A DNA stretch of 64,000 bases from Vicugna vicugna. Lineage: Eukaryota. The stretch lies in the NCBI GenBank assembly GCA_013265495.1, contig MU057651.1, forward strand, positions 1,623,674-1,687,673. The letters are read 5' to 3'. Below the pieces are notes generated by a model that was not told where the DNA came from, made no database searches, and saw nothing but the letters and a program-made list of their open reading frames with translations. A program made the position numbers and the translations under genes. Positions 13,561-27,774 of the stretch are shown here, piece by piece. Each line of letters starts with the position of its first letter. The first letter of the stretch is position 1.

Positions 13561-14858
13561 AGGTATTAAACACATTTAAAAAGATGACTGTAATTAAAAA
13601 AAAAAAATCCGCAGTCCATTCCTCGCTGTGGGTTGGAGGGGGCTGGCGGAAATAACAAAATTCTCCTGGCCACCATTTTACCAGGAACACACTCCTGCCC
13701 CTGGACACCACAGCCCAGACCCCGGCCCACGCGCGAGGCACCGCGTTCTGGCTTTAAAGGGCCCCTTTCTGGTGAGATGCACGTCTCTCAGACACAGACA
13801 GAGCTACGCGTCTTGGCGGCGGCTTCTCCCTCTGGCCTGGCTCCAGGAAGCCCCCCAGGGTCTTTGCTCCAGGTTGGGGGGTATCTCCAGCCAGCAGGAG
13901 CCAAGTTCAAGCTCCACTGCTTCCCGTTAGCGGACCCCCAGGAAGCCCCCCCCCACCCCGGCTGCATCCCAGCCTCTCCCTTAGGGCCTGGTCCTTCACA
14001 CACCGCCCGGGAGGCAGCTTTCCTTTCCTTTAATGTGCGCAGAGCAGACCCTCAGTCTGCGAGCCGGCTGCTTGGGACCTTTACAAAACAAAACCCCTCG
14101 TGCTTCTTGGAGACTTTCTGTCCACCACTGAACTCAGGCCCTAAAAGCCTGGTTTGGTGTTCGAGAATAGTTTCCTTTGGGTTACAATGACTGTACTGGC
14201 CACCACTTGTGTAATTTTCTGAAATGGCAAAAAAGAAAAAAAATTATATGTAGAGGTGGCTGTGTGCCGGTTTTGTGGAATGACACGCTATCAATTCTTT
14301 GTTGTTAGATTTGCTCTAAAGGTCTGCTGAGGGTGTGAACGGGAACCAGGGGCTCAAAGGCTGATCCCTTCCTCAGGCAGGTTAGGAAAAAGACCAAAAA
14401 GTGGTTCCTGAGACGACGCCACCGTGTTGTATATTTTTCAAAAATAGCTGAATAGCTTTGGAGAAAAACAGTTCAGAAATTCAGGCATTAACTCTGCTGG
14501 CAGATCTGTGCTGGAAGTGTTTGCGAAGTGATCTGTGAGTGCTTTTTTTTTGTTTTTTTTGGTGAATGAAGAAGGTGAAAACAAAGTCACCGGGGCTCAG
14601 TCACCCTGGCTCTGCCCCCAGCCTCAGGAGCAAACCCGGGCTCGCCTCGGGACGCTGGGGACTTTGCAGGGAGCTCGTGGGGGGACTGGAAGTCAGGTCC
14701 TGCTCCCCGCGCCGCTGCCGGGAGAAATGCGTCCTTCACCCAGTGAAGTCGAATCCAGGAAGCTCGTCTGAGCGCGTCTCCCGGCAGCAGTCACGTCCTC
14801 TGCTCAGCCTTCCCTTCCCGAGGGGCCTGGCGTGGGGAGGGTGGCCGGGTGGCCCCAC

Positions 14859-15500
14859 TGTGAGAGCAGCAGACAGCTAGGTGTGAGCCGAGAAAGGGGG
14901 ACGCTGGCCACATGGCAGGAACTGGGCAGAAAGGAGGGGCACGGGCTAAATGCAGGGAACCACACATCATGTGAGCACCAGGGGACCCGGGCAGAGAAAG
15001 AAAAGAAGGAACCTCTGGGCTGACAAGTGGTCACACCTTTTAGGGTAATGAGTGGCCTTGAGGCCGACAAAGAAAGATGGGAAAAGGCAGGAATCTCCAG
15101 TGTCCGAATGGAACCTTTTGCTCATTCTGCCCTCATTTCAGTAACATTAGCCTTGCAGGTCAGAAGTCCCCATCGTGCACCGAGGCCATGACACGTCCGA
15201 TCCAGACTAAATAAGGACCAAAATGCCCCCTCCCCTCGGGAAGGGGGAGCTGGGATGGAAGTCAGGGAACACGACCCCAAACCCTTCCCTCCCCAATGAA
15301 TATTGCATTCATTCATGTTTCCACCCTGTGCAACCAACGTGCCAAAGCAGCTCGGGACAGCTGCTCACCTGAGTCTGCCCGCTCCCCCCTTGGAAGTGTC
15401 CTATCCATCCTTTAATAAATCCCCACTTTACCGTCTTAATCTCTCCATCTTGTCTCTGAATTCTTTCTGGGACGGGACAGGAACCTGGACACCGGCTACA
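14859..15500 (+). mobile_element. ERV1-like solo LTR, sense orientation in ABCA13 intron 1
   Basis: Starts TGTGAGAG and ends GGCTACA. AATAAA at 15414-15419 followed by a U5-like tgtctctgaattctttctg...ggaacctgg. No convincing target-site duplication. Confidence 0.6.
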
Positions 15501-18500
15501 TCCGCCGGCAGCGCCACCACCGGCTGACCGTCGCCTAAGCTGCAGGTCCCGGACCCTGCTCAGACCCACGGTCTGTACCCCACTTGAATGTCCGTGTCCG
15601 TGCGGGGACTGGACTTCCAGGCACGAGGCAGTCTCCCACCGTAAGCGCTCACACCCTGGCACCCCCAGCTGCTCCCTCTGTGGACGTCAGAGTCCCGGGG
15701 CCTCCCGCCTCCGCTGGCTTTGGTCCCTGGGGGGCCCCACGGTGCTCTCGTGGAAGGACCTGGGCCACGTGGTGCAGGCACACGGCCAGTGCTCAGATGC
15801 TTCGGCTGGTGTGACGCGCAGGCCGCAGGACGGAGCCTGGTGGCCCTTGCCCGCCCCCGACGGCGGTCACGGTGGCCGTCAGCCCCGCTGCCCTTGGTTT
15901 GCCGGCACTTGGCAGAAGCTCACAGTGCTGGTTCTGCTCCTGGGGTTGGAGATCCCCGGGGTCAGGGCGTCCTCGCCCGCCAGCTGGTCGGCGGTGGGGC
16001 CTGGGGGCGTGACCTGCCGGCCATTGTGCTTTACACGCCACCTCTTAGCGGCGACCCCCCACGAACCCACGGGGCCCCCGGCGGGGGAAACTGACCCTGG
16101 CCTCAGCGTTTCTGGCAGTTACAGGGCAATCGCCCGCTTCCTGCTGGGACCACAAGGAGAGCTCACACTGCCCGCTTCGCTCACTCCGGCCGGAGTCGCA
16201 GCCCACCCAGGTGCCCGGGGCCTTGAGAGAGCTCCTCAGTAAACCTGGAACGCATGACCGACTCTAGCAGCCACGGCCCTGCACCCTGGGGTCCTCAGGG
16301 CCGGCCTGGGGGAAGCAGGCCCAGTGGCTGAAGGTCCCCGAGGTCATCCAGGTGCGTTTCAGTTTACGGAGGGCAGTGGTCTAGGAAGAGTGGCTCAGAG
16401 ATCGAATTACTGAGAAGCAAGCATCCTTTTGTGTCTGCAGAGGGTGGGGAGCTCTGAGCTGGGCCGTCTGGGATCTGTTTGCTTTTTCCTCCAGGACGCA
16501 GTCAGGACGTCCTCGGGGCGAGAGCTTTCCTTTTGCTGGCTTGATCTTCCTTCACTTCTGTTTAGGTCGCATTTCCTCATTCTCCCTCTTACTGTGGTTG
16601 AGTAAACAGCCGGACACAGAAACCGCTTTGAAGGGCAGCAGGGAGGAGGGACGCCCACCACGAGAGGGTCCCGTTCGGAGTTCTGTGTGGCTGCAAACAG
16701 TCTTTTTGTCCTGCCTGAGTTCAAGAATGTTAAGAATCTCCCGTCTTTGAAAGGGATAAAAAAAAAACCCGACAGGACTTCAGAAACGAGGCGTCCAATT
16801 TCTCATGTTCCAATTTGATTGTTTCTCAGGGTGAAAAACATGCGCCTTTCCACGGCTCGCTTGCTGAAATGGCCACCAGCTTACTGGGGTGGGGGGAAAC
16901 TGTAAGGTTTTCCAGAGGCTGGGTCGGGGAGATCTTACTTAGGGTGGTGGCTTTGTGTGGCTTGTGTGGGGGAAAAAAATCTCCAAACAGCGGAAAACCA
17001 AAAAACAAGCTGCCTCGTTCCCACTTGGTGGAGATTCTGGAGTTTCTCTGTTTAGTATCTTTTTTCCTTTGGCCCAGACAGACCTGGGTTTTTCAATTAG
17101 AAGCAAAATTAAATAAATGCCGCAAACTTCCCAGTAGCAGTAAGTCTGGAGACAGAGGCCGAGGACCTCAAGGCTTGTTTTGTGAGAATGTGTTGGAGGC
17201 CGGGGCTGTCCGCTGGGGAAGCGTCCAGACCGGGCAGCACACCTCCAGCCCGTGGCCCGAGGGCCTCCATGCGGGGCCTTCGTCTGGGGTCAGACTTGTG
17301 TTTTCTGCTCAGTGTGCACCCAGGTTCGCACCCGGCGGGGATGTGTCCTTCCCCGGCTGCTCAGGGCTCACCCGAGGGGTCGCACTGAGCCCAGAGTGCC
17401 CTGTTCCCCGGGGCATCCTGCTTGCTAACCAGCGTGGGCTGGTGTGACACTGAAGGGTCTCCCGGACCCCTGCCACCCCCAGTTTGGAAAAGAACCACCC
17501 CTTGGTGCCGAGCGCGGAGAGGCGGCGTGGTGCCTGCGTCCCATCTTGACTTGGTCTCAGCCTGGCGGAATCCCGGCTGAGGGTGGGGCAAGGGTGTCGT
17601 GCTGTGACCTCAGCAGACCTGAGAGCAGGGGGTCCCCTCTGCCCGGCCCCGGGGCCTCAGTGTCCTTTCTCCTCTTCCCGTTTCACAGATGAGGGAAACT
17701 GAGACTGGGCGGGTGGGGGAGGGGCGGCCCATGGGCGGGAGGCACCTGCCCCTGTTGCAAACCCCAGGACTCTGTCCCTGCTTCCTCCAGTGAATGGTTC
17801 TGAGTCTGCTTGTTGGGGAGCAGAGTAGGCGGATAGGACAGAAGCTGTGAAGCCCTGAGAATCAGGAGAGTCCTTGTGGCTCGGGCTGGTTTGGCCGTGC
17901 CCGCGTCAGAAACTGCTGGAAGTGAGGCCGTCCCCGGCACACCCTTGAACTCTGTCAGCAGCACGGATGGAGCGGGCTGTCAGCCCCCACGCCGGGGGGC
18001 CCGCGGCCTCGCCCTCATGGGGGCCTGCCTCGTTTCCAGGGGCCCTGAGAGCATCCCCAGTTCTTCCCTGGCTCGTCGCACCCAGAAGTTTGTTTTCTCA
18101 TGTATTTGGAAACATAGTTGGGTCTGTTTTTGGACTTCCCAGGCTTTGCCATCGATCTGCATTTCTGCTTCTGCAGTTTCGTGGCTTAAAAAGCATCCCT
18201 GCTTTATGCTCTGCTGTGCCGTGGGCTGATCGTCCTTCATGCCTCGTCCTTTCCCTTCAGCTTTCTCTTTGCTTTTGGAGCATTGTCTGCCCACCAGTTA
18301 TCTTTTAGAAGCATTTCGAGTGAAAAAAAATGATTCTGGTCGGAATTTTTTTTTTTAATTTTGATTTTTTTAATTGAGTCATCATTAATTTCCAACATTG
18401 TGTTATCCAGTTGGAATTTTGGTTAAAATTGTGTTCGGTGTGAGCAGGGACTCGGGGAGGGGGTCATCTGAGCCCTCCTCTGACCGTGTGCCCTGCGGTC

Positions 18501-20130
18501 TTCTTGGACCACCTGTGCCCCCGTGGATGGAGCGTTCAGTCCCTGGACGCCTGTCCCCTTGCCTTTCTGGTCGCCGGTCACTTCAGCCGCCTCTTGGCTG
18601 TAGCCTTCTGTGCGTTCGCTGGACTCAGGAACCCGTGTCCAGCTCACTTTTTTCAGTACTTCCTTTGCAACTGTCTTCACTGGAAACATCTGCTGAGTTG
18701 CAATCTTTGTATCAAAGAGCCTGCATATTGATTGCTCTGAAACATACTGTTCACCTGATTTCCGGAAAAAGATGCATCTCCTCCCGCTGTTCAATTTTTT
18801 TTTTTATTTTTTTGCTTGTTTCCTTCAAGTCTTTGAGGGAAGAATTCATTCGTCTTTATAACTGACTGCAAAATCTCCCTCACAAGGCTGGAAAGAATTA
18901 TGTGCTAAATGAATGTGTAATGAATATATACTGAAAGAAGAGCAATTGTTTTTCAATATGAAGCTAAAAAAAAAACATAATAAGGAAAGAGAGAGTTTAT
19001 CTGTTTCTTCCTCTCAGGACCAAACTAACTCAATTAGCAGCATAAAGCTTTGCAAAAGGGGCTCTTCGGGAGGGAAGTTCGGACCCTCGTGGACTGGGTG
19101 TCGGAAGTCCCAGATCTGAGCTACAGCGGACTTAGGTCAGCTCAGCTGAGAGTCGCCGTTTGGTTTTGACTCATGGTTTGTCTGAACCCCTTTCTTGCAG
19201 TATTTCCTCGCAAGGACCTCACGATACTGCTGGGAAAGTCTCCTCTTTTGAGAGGTGGGCATCCATCCAGAGGCCCAGACACCCCAAAGAGACACAATAG
19301 AATTTCACGCTGTTGCAAGGCCCTTTGTTTGCAAGCAGAAGGGCCGCAGACTAATTGTATGTTGTGCTGCAGCTTCCCTGACATTCTAAACTTTCCGTGA
19401 TGTGTTTCCCTGAGCCGTCAGCCGGTGAGATTGCGTGACCACCTCCTCCCTCGGAGGGGTCCGGGTCCCCCCTCTTTCCTTCTTAGTTCACTTACAAGTT
19501 TTGTTTTTTGTACTGAAGAGTTTTCTCCTTCGTGGTTTGCGGCCGTCACCAAACCCACGTGCCGCCCGAGTAACCTGGAGGATTTAAAAATGGGCTTAAA
19601 CTCGGCCTGTGAGATGTTTTGTCCCGGCGAGATGGAAGGTGCACATGTTGGCTCTGCAGGCCGGGGATTCAGGCCAGGTTCCCTCACAAACGGGTCCCAG
19701 GACACCCGGGGAAGGTAGTTACCGCCTTGGTTTCCAGCCTACGAAATGGGCACGCGTGACCTGCCTCCCTGGGTGTTGCGGGCACGGAATAATGGGTGAG
19801 CAAGAGCTTGCGAGGCTCCCGGGCTCTGCAGAGGACGACGGGGGTCGGGCCTCTTTCCATCCGCATCCTCAGAGCCTCGCTCGGTCTTCCTCACCTGCCT
19901 CCGTGGGCGGGACGCCTGCACTCCACCCCCCGAGGCGGGGACCGGGCATGTGTGTTCCCCGCTGCGTCCCCGCTGCCTCAGTCGGCGCACCCTCCCCGAT
20001 GAACGAATGACCTCACTTCTTTTATTGCCCTAGTGCACCCACATTTCCTGATCCATTCTCCCATTTTTTTGCACGACATCCCCCAGTTGTCTTCATTCAC
20101 AAGTAATGCTATTGAAAGCACTTATTAAAA

Positions 20131-20278
20131 AATTTTTTTTTGTTTCTTTTTTCTGGGGGGTGAATAATTAGGTTTTTATTTATTTCAATTTTTTTTTTTA
20201 ATGAAGGTTCTGAGGGCTGAGCCCAGGACCTCGTGCATGCTGGGCACACGCTGTACCCCTGAGCTACACGCTCCCTGC
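20131..20278 (-). mobile_element. tRNA-derived SINE
   Basis: aattaggttttt...cccaggacctcgtgcatgctggg...tgagctacacgctccc. Confidence 0.82.
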
Positions 20279-20399
20279 CTGAGCACACGTTTGGTTGAAG
20301 AGTGTAACACCCTCTCAAAAAGTAACTATTGGGTGAAACTTTTTATAGGTTAGAACGAGTCTAATGTAGTTGAAGTAACAGAATTCAACCAGTTACGTA

Positions 20400-23250
20400 G
20401 TTGGTGAATTTGCACATCTTCAGGCTGCTTCCAAAAGCCCTGGTGATCCGTGTCCTCACCGACGCTCGATGTTGCCAGACTTTCTACTTTTCCCCAAACT
20501 GTGGATGTAAAACGGTATCTCACGGGGACCCTCTGCATCTGCCTGGGCACCACGGGGATGGAGCACCGGTCCATGTATTTATGAGGTGTTCATACTTTGC
20601 TCCGGTCTGGCCGTATTTCTGGACTGCTTTTAATCAGATTATCTCCTCCGTGGCTTGTAGGCACATACATCCTATTCTGGATGCTACATTGTTCGTTGTA
20701 TCTATTGAAATAGATTCTTCAAGTCCGTGGCTGATCTTTGAAATAGAAGAACAGAGATTTCAATTTAACCTGGTCTGATTTTCCTTTTAATGTTTATGTG
20801 TATTTTTAGACAAAATTGAAGAAGATGCTCTCTGCTTTCTTATAAGGATTAAAAAAATTTTTTTTCACATTGAGAGTTTTGAATGGGATGAGTGGCAAGA
20901 ATGTAACCCCCAATCTGAGGATAACCAGTTACGTGGCACAGTTTGTTGAATAGCAAGTTTTTCTCCCATTGGTCCACTAACCACCTTTTTTCCTGTGTCA
21001 GGTTTCCGAGCAGGCAGACCTCGGTCCCTCCGTGCTGCTCCGCAGGTCAGTTTCCATACTGTCCAACTAATGGTCTTACTTCCTACCGTGTTATAGAAGG
21101 TCTTGAAGTGTGGAAGGACAAGTTCTTTCCGTCTGCTGGTGCAAAATGTCCTGGATATTATTTGAGTGTTTGCTCTCCCCAGTGCATTCTAGAACCAGCT
21201 CATTAAATTTGACAACAGGAGCAAAATCAAGCCAAAATGCACAAAAACTTGTTGGAATTCCATTGGAATGGCATTCACCCCATAGATCCCTTTGGGTAGA
21301 ATTAACCTCTTTAAGCTGTTGCCATTTCTGATGCATTAATTGTGTTCATTGCTTCATTTATTCAGTTTCCCTTTGGGTCTTTCAATAAAGGGTCATAATT
21401 TTCTTTGTGAAATATTTGCCTTCTTAGTTAATTTAGAGAATTACTGTGAGATAGGCATTGGATTCTTCCATGAAAGTAACTTTGAAATTTTCTTTCTGAG
21501 GTTCTATCAACTGTTGCTTTATATACTTCGAGTGTATTTATTAACCATATCAATGCATAAATTACTACATTTTCCTGTTATAGCGTTTCTTTTATATGTA
21601 GTGAACCTCGTGAAGAATGTTCTTTGTCATGTCTCTTGTCTGGTACCATCATAATTACATCACTTAATGTTTACTTAGTGTTTCTTTTTTGTCTCTTTTT
21701 TTTTCAACTGCTCTGTGTCCTTATGTTGGATACCTTGGTTTCGGATTATCTGAAATTTTTCTTTTATTCCCCGTTTTGCGGGGAGACGTTTTCTGGATCC
21801 ACGAATCTGAGTCAAGAGAATTTCTCCAAGTAATCGAAAGAGATTTAACTATCTTCTGCTTCCTTCTATTAAAGAGTCTTTGTGAAGTCTAATCTGAGGG
21901 CGTGTGTCTGTTTCTTGAATTGCCATTGAGATGTTCTCTTTGACTTTGGTGCTGAGGTTGTTAACGTGGACGTACGTTTCCTGGTACACAGTATATCCTT
22001 TTGTCGATGAATCTGTGTGTTTTATACGTCCTGGAAAATTCTCCGCCTTTAGTTATTTACACGTTGTCTCTTCTGCTCTCTGTCCCCTCGGAACCCTCCC
22101 CTTCGTAATTCCGTCTTTCGCTTGAATATTCAACTCACGACTTCTGTCTTCTTTTCAGTTTATAGTTTGTCCCTTCCGTCCTCCCAGCTCACTGGGGATT
22201 TCTGTCACTTCTTGTAAGACCGGCAATGTGATAAACCCGTATTCCTGCAGCAGGCAGTCCTCTGCCACTGCCAGTCCGCACAGTATTGGAAGCAGAGTGG
22301 TATTAGTGGATTTTTAATTTCATCGCTAAGCCCTCAGGCTGCATGGTTAACAATGATCTGTGTTCTCTTGTGCTGGGGAATGTGTGCTTGTTGGATTTTA
22401 TTTAAGGGTCCTTTTGGCCGGGTGTCCTGTTTTTATCACTCTTTCTCATAGAACTGGGTGAATGAACACTGATGCACTGGTTTCTGGCATTGAGTATTTG
22501 GAGGGTGTGTTTGAGGCCAGACTGATCTATGTCCCTCTCCGTGGTGGCTTGAGGGGTTTGCCCGTTGTCCCTGAAGTTCAAAAGCCAAAGCTGAGCTGCG
22601 GCGTGCTTTTCGGAAACACAGCACACACGCTCAGTCTTCGGATAAAGTCATCTCCGTTCTAGGCAAATGCTCCCGTGTTGCATCTTTGAGCACATTTTTT
22701 GTCCCATTTGTTGGATTCTCTGCGTCAGGGACGACAATTAATCCTTATGCTGTCTTTGTCTCTCAAAGCGTATTATGTTCGCTTTCTGTGTGTTGTTATT
22801 TTTGCCTTTCAAACTCTTTTTTTTTTTTAATCACCATTGTTATCTCAAACTGCTTCTCCAGTGTGGAAGTTAAATTTAACCCGCTTCCATTCTCCTCTTG
22901 TGGTTTCTGAATCGCTGAGAATTCCACAGTAATGATTTTTTTTTGTTATTTTTTCTTTTAGATCTGCAGCCTCTCTTTTCATTTATCACTTTTTTTTAAA
23001 GCTCTCGTTGTCTGAACGTTCTTATTCCATTGATCCTCTTTATGAAACAGTTGTAAAGACATTCTGGGTTTTCTTCGCGCCGTCTCTTTTCCGGTCACGG
23101 TCCGAGACTTTCTTTGGCTTGCGTTTTTTGTTCGTGTCCCTCCAGAATGCTTAGATTGTCGTTTTTGCTCTTTGTTTTCGTCTGACTCATACAGGCAGCT
23201 TGGCCCAGGTGTTACAGCTGTCCTTGACTCCCTTTTCAATAAATCTGAGG
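20400..23250 (-). mobile_element. Degraded ancient L1M fragments
   Basis: T-rich sequence with antisense L1 ORF2-like phrases (cacagtttgttgaatag...ttttctcccattg; gcattcaccccatagatccctttggg). No intact ORF; boundaries approximate. Confidence 0.5.
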
Positions 23251-26200
23251 CCAGTGTGACTTTTCCCCTTCCAGCTCCAGGGCGGCCTCTGAGCAGGTCC
23301 CCCCGTCCCCGAGCCAGCAGCCTGCGGCGGGAGGGATGGCGGGGCCCGTGCGGGAGGCGGCTGCGTCCTGCTCCAGCCGCTGGGCCCCGTGCTCTCTGCT
23401 CTGGAGCTTCCTCGTCGACCTTTTTGTAGCTTTTATGTTAGATGAGGACAAGTTCTCTCTCTCTCTCTCTCTCTCTTTGTGCCTCTATTTTCATTTCATT
23501 CCTTTTCCCCTCCCTCTTGTTTGTCTGGGAAAAGAGAAGGTCCCTGAGGAGGGCTGGATATGCCGTTTAACCCTGGGGTCCTTTGTGCACGTGGTTACAC
23601 GTGCGCATTGTTAAGGTCCCCCAGATGCCAGGGTGTCTCCGCTGCGCGGAGGAGAGTCAGGGAGGGGGGTCCATAAACACCCCTGTGGGGTGTGAAGTTT
23701 GGGGGTGCAGACCTGGGCACCTTTGCAGTCTCCTGGTGGGCGCCTCCGTCCTGGCCGCCTTCGGATGGCACTGACCCCAGCTTTTGTCTTGGGCCCCTTC
23801 CCACTGTTGCAAAGTCATGAGCGGAGATGGAGGGGGGCCTGGAAAGTCACCAGAAGGCGTACCCGCTGAGCGGGGACAAGGGGTGAGGAACGCCCAGCAA
23901 GATTCACGCATAATAATGACACGTGGGCAGGAAACCGTGATGCAGAAACGCGGTGAGAGAGAGAGGGCAGCCCTTCTGCCCTGAGAGGTGGTGGTTCGCT
24001 CCCTCATAGGGGACAGTGACCCGGCAGAGCGGGGGCGGTCAGCACCCTTCTTTTGAATGGAGCGATTTCAAATTCACAGCCGTGGAAGGTTGTTTTTCCT
24101 ACCTCTGCTTTTCAGGGGGCCCGTGATCGGCTGGTAAATGGAAAACGGGGCTCTTATCTTTGTAGGTTTAGTTGAAATTTTATTTCGATGTCGAGAGCTT
24201 CAAAGAAACTTCCCAGTTATAAGACGTAGGGTTTTGTTATTGCTATCTTTTTCTATACAGTCACTCCCATTTGAAACTGGAGATTTGCCATTGATTTTAC
24301 GACTGGATTGACAAACACTTGTACTTTCAGAGCTGCCACAGCCTGGTTTAGTTTGCGCTTGACCAAGTCCTTTAAATTACGGTGGTCTTTGAGTCTAGGG
24401 GAAAAAAAGCCAGATGCTGTATGTAAATAGCAAGATTAATAGGTTGATTGCATAAAAGATTTAGAGAAGGAAAAAGGCAAGTAAACAATTGGAGAAAATA
24501 TTTGCAAAACCTAAAACCAGCAAAGGGCCGACTGAATTCTTTAATTAAAGCAGAACGAAACCGGAAACAGTGATTTACAAGCCGGTGAAAGAAAACAGTT
24601 TCGTAGAAAAATGGGTTCAGGGGAGAACAGAAGTTAACAGACAGGGAACTGTATGTACTTATGAAAAATGCTCGATCTTAATTAAAGAAATGTTATTTTT
24701 TGCATGTATTATTTTTTGCATACACTTGGACAAAAATTTTAACGTTTGTTCGTCTCAGGTGAAGCTGGGTGTGTGATTAGAGTGAACACTGACCGGTCCG
24801 GCTTTTCCTGGGGGCATTTAGATTTTATCTGTCCAAACTGAAAATCTAAGCTAAAAAGTCACATACGCTTTGACTCAGCCGTCTTACGTAGCAAATCCCA
24901 CCTCACTGACGCACTTGCAAGTCAGGCAAACAGACAGAAAACCCAGGGTACAACTGACCCCAGGCAGATGACTTTGCAGATTTCTGTAAGTTGGTCATTG
25001 GTTAAATCAGTTCAATTCTCCAGGAAATTATCCTGTAGTCTCTGAAAACAATGAGACAGGTCTGTAGGTTCTGATGTGAAAAATTGTTCCCCCCGAACAA
25101 TTCTTACTTATATTTTTCTAAAAATGAATTAAGAAAACTGTTTGAGTGATTTTTTTTTTCCTTTGGGGACAGTGACTTTTTTTTTCCCTCTGTACTTCTT
25201 GAGTTTCTAACCATACGTGGAATTATTTATGTGCAATATTAGAAGTGGCTTTCTGAGCCTTGGGACTGTAACTTGTTTTCTGTTGTCTTGGCTACCCTAC
25301 GTTATTAAAAGCTTAAAAAGGAACCTGAAATTAATTACGTATTTGTTCTTAATAGTGTCAAGTCATCGATCCACCTGAGGTACGTTTTCTATTTCACACA
25401 TTTATGTTCAGCCTGAATTACGGACTCCTTGCCCCACCACCCTCTCCCCCCAGCGCTCCCAAGAAATGACCCACTTGCGGCAGAGAATGAAGATGACCAA
25501 AATGAATGCGTGTGACCTTTCTTTCTGGTTTAATTACGATCCTTTGAGCCAGAGGCTGCCCTCCCCGCCGCGGCCGTGTTCTCTGTGATCAGGGTGGGTG
25601 ATATTGGATTTTGGTGCTTTCCCAGGGAACTTTTCATAATGATGCACTTGCTGGCCCAGGACCTACTTCCTCATGACCCGTTTCAAAGAGAGGGTGGTGT
25701 CGTGTCTTCTGTAATTACACCGGGGACCGAAACCTCCTTTTCCACCTGGGTTTGTTCTGTGCGGTTTTAAGCCCTGTGTACTCACCTGGGCCCCTGGGGA
25801 TCCGTTTGCTGGACCTTACAGGGAAGGGCTGGGACAGGTGGCCTGTGGCCGTGGCAGTTCACAGAGCAGAGGAGGGAAGCCAACACGAAGTCCGCTTCAG
25901 CTCAGAGCCGTGTAACTCGGAGTCCGAACGAGCAAGGCACCCTTGGAGGCGCCGACAGCGTCTTTAGCTTCCCGGCCTGCAGGCGCTTAGATTTTCGTTA
26001 GTGCGTTTCTGAACGCCTTGCCTGTTTTGTGTCTGGCTGTAAACTTCTGTCTTTGCAAGCCGATATGAGCGGGAGCCCACAGAAGCGCATTATTTTCCAT
26101 GAAAACAAGTGGAGAGTGGTGACAATAGAAGTAATGTCGTGATAATTGAGGATTTTCTGTTAATGAACCTTTCCCTGAGCTGTAACCGTGTTTCTTTCTC

Positions 26201-26434
26201 CAATAATTAAATTCCACGTGTCCCTGGTGGCTCCTTTACTTTGGACTTTGAATATCGGGCTTACGCAGGTGACTGCAGCCCCCCGGGTAGCTGTTTTGCA
26301 ATTTGTGTCATGAGATTTGACTCCAGTCATCTGACTTTTCAGAGTTTGGTCCAATCTCAAGAGAGTAATTCAAAAGATAAGTTATTTATACTCAGAATTA
26401 TTCGTTGATGGAAAAATGGGAGTTATGATCTATT

Positions 26435-26568
26435 TTTGTTTGTTTTTTTGGGGGGGGAAGGTAATTATGTTTATTTATGTATTTACTTTAACGGCGGTAC
26501 CGAGCATTGAACCCAGGACCTCGTGCATGCTAAGTAGGTTCTCTACCACTGAGCTACACCCTCCCCCC
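26435..26568 (-). mobile_element. tRNA-derived SINE
   Basis: Same family. Target-site duplication gatctatt at 26427-26434 and 26569-26576. Confidence 0.88.
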
Positions 26569-27076
26569 GATCTATTCATTTGTAAGGGGGTTGCACAATC
26601 AGTAAGATGACAGTTAGGAGCCTTGCTTGGTGACACTAGAAAATTTTCATAAAATGAAGGTAAGTGTGTGCCACCACCATCCCTGGGGAAATTGCTGTTT
26701 GGGTAGAAAACTCAGAAATGTTAGAGAAATTAGAAAAATAAAAATGGTACAATTGTTGGCGTGTGAGAAAAATGGATGAAGTCATGTGTTTATTTAATGT
26801 CATAAAGTCTGCAGTAAAAAAACGGGAAGAAAAAGGGAAGACACAGGAGCCAGGTCTGGTGGGAGACGTGCAGGGCCAGACCCAGTTGTGGGTCTGGATG
26901 TCGCAGTGACCGGTGGCCTTCTCTGCGGGTCCTCGCCTCAGTGACTCTTCTCAGAGACGCATAGCAGGGCTGACAGTGACCTCCTTTAAAGGAAGCCTGG
27001 TCTGGCCTGCAAACCGTCCTTCAAGAGATGGAGATATTGTAATGCTTTGCAATTCACTCACACAAATTTCTTTTTT

Positions 27077-27096
27077 TGTGTGTGTGTGTGTGTGTG
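27077..27096 (+). repeat. (TG)10 microsatellite next to the exon 2 acceptor
   Basis: tttttttgtgtgtgtgtgtgtgtgtgacaactttcttag|GTC. Confidence 0.9.
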
Positions 27097-27109
27097 ACAA
27101 CTTTCTTAG

Positions 27110-27203
27110 GTCCTTTCCCTGTCTGAATTCTTCTGGCCATGTATCCTGTTCATGATCCTGACCATCCTTCGTTTTCAAGAACCTCCCAGACAGAGAGACA
27201 ATT
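27110..27203 (+). CDS. ABCA13: ABCA13 exon 2 (94 nt), first transmembrane helix
   Basis: Acceptor ttcttag|GTC and donor AATT|gtgagt. Translates [31 protein letters not shown], a hydrophobic segment with the ABCA E-x-x-WP motif. Confidence 0.93.
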
Positions 27204-27774
27204 GTGAGTTCCGCTTTCATAAAACGTTTGGAATTGCAAACCTCTGGAGGAAACAGTGCGGCATTCTTTTTTACTGTTGTTCTTTATAAATTCACCACCG
27301 CCGTCACCGTCATCATCCACCCAACTTTTCTGAACTTCTTTGCATTAAACGATCTTTAGCAACACTTAAACATTTAAGAACCCAAGGTATATCAGACTTA
27401 AAAAAATGGGCCAAACTAAGAGCTCCTACCTTTTTATGTGAGATGAGAAGGAGTCTCTATTCGTCTTCCTCCTGCTTACAGTGTCCTGGGGGCGTGGCTG
27501 CGTAGCAGAGGTATTGACGCTCCCTGAGCGGGACGATAGTGAATCGGGGGCCACGTACGTGGCCGGGCAGAACCGTTCTGCCTGGAGAAAGGTGTTACAT
27601 GTGAAGTGCTTCTTTGGTTCCTTCTTTTTTCTGTTCTGCATGCTCAGATCTTCTTTAAATTAACAAGAGCATTAATAACACAGTAACACTACATAACATG
27701 TCCGCGAACTCACCAGGGATTCTGTTTCCGGTAACAGCCGTATGGACTCATCTCTTTCTTGTATCCGCATCCAG

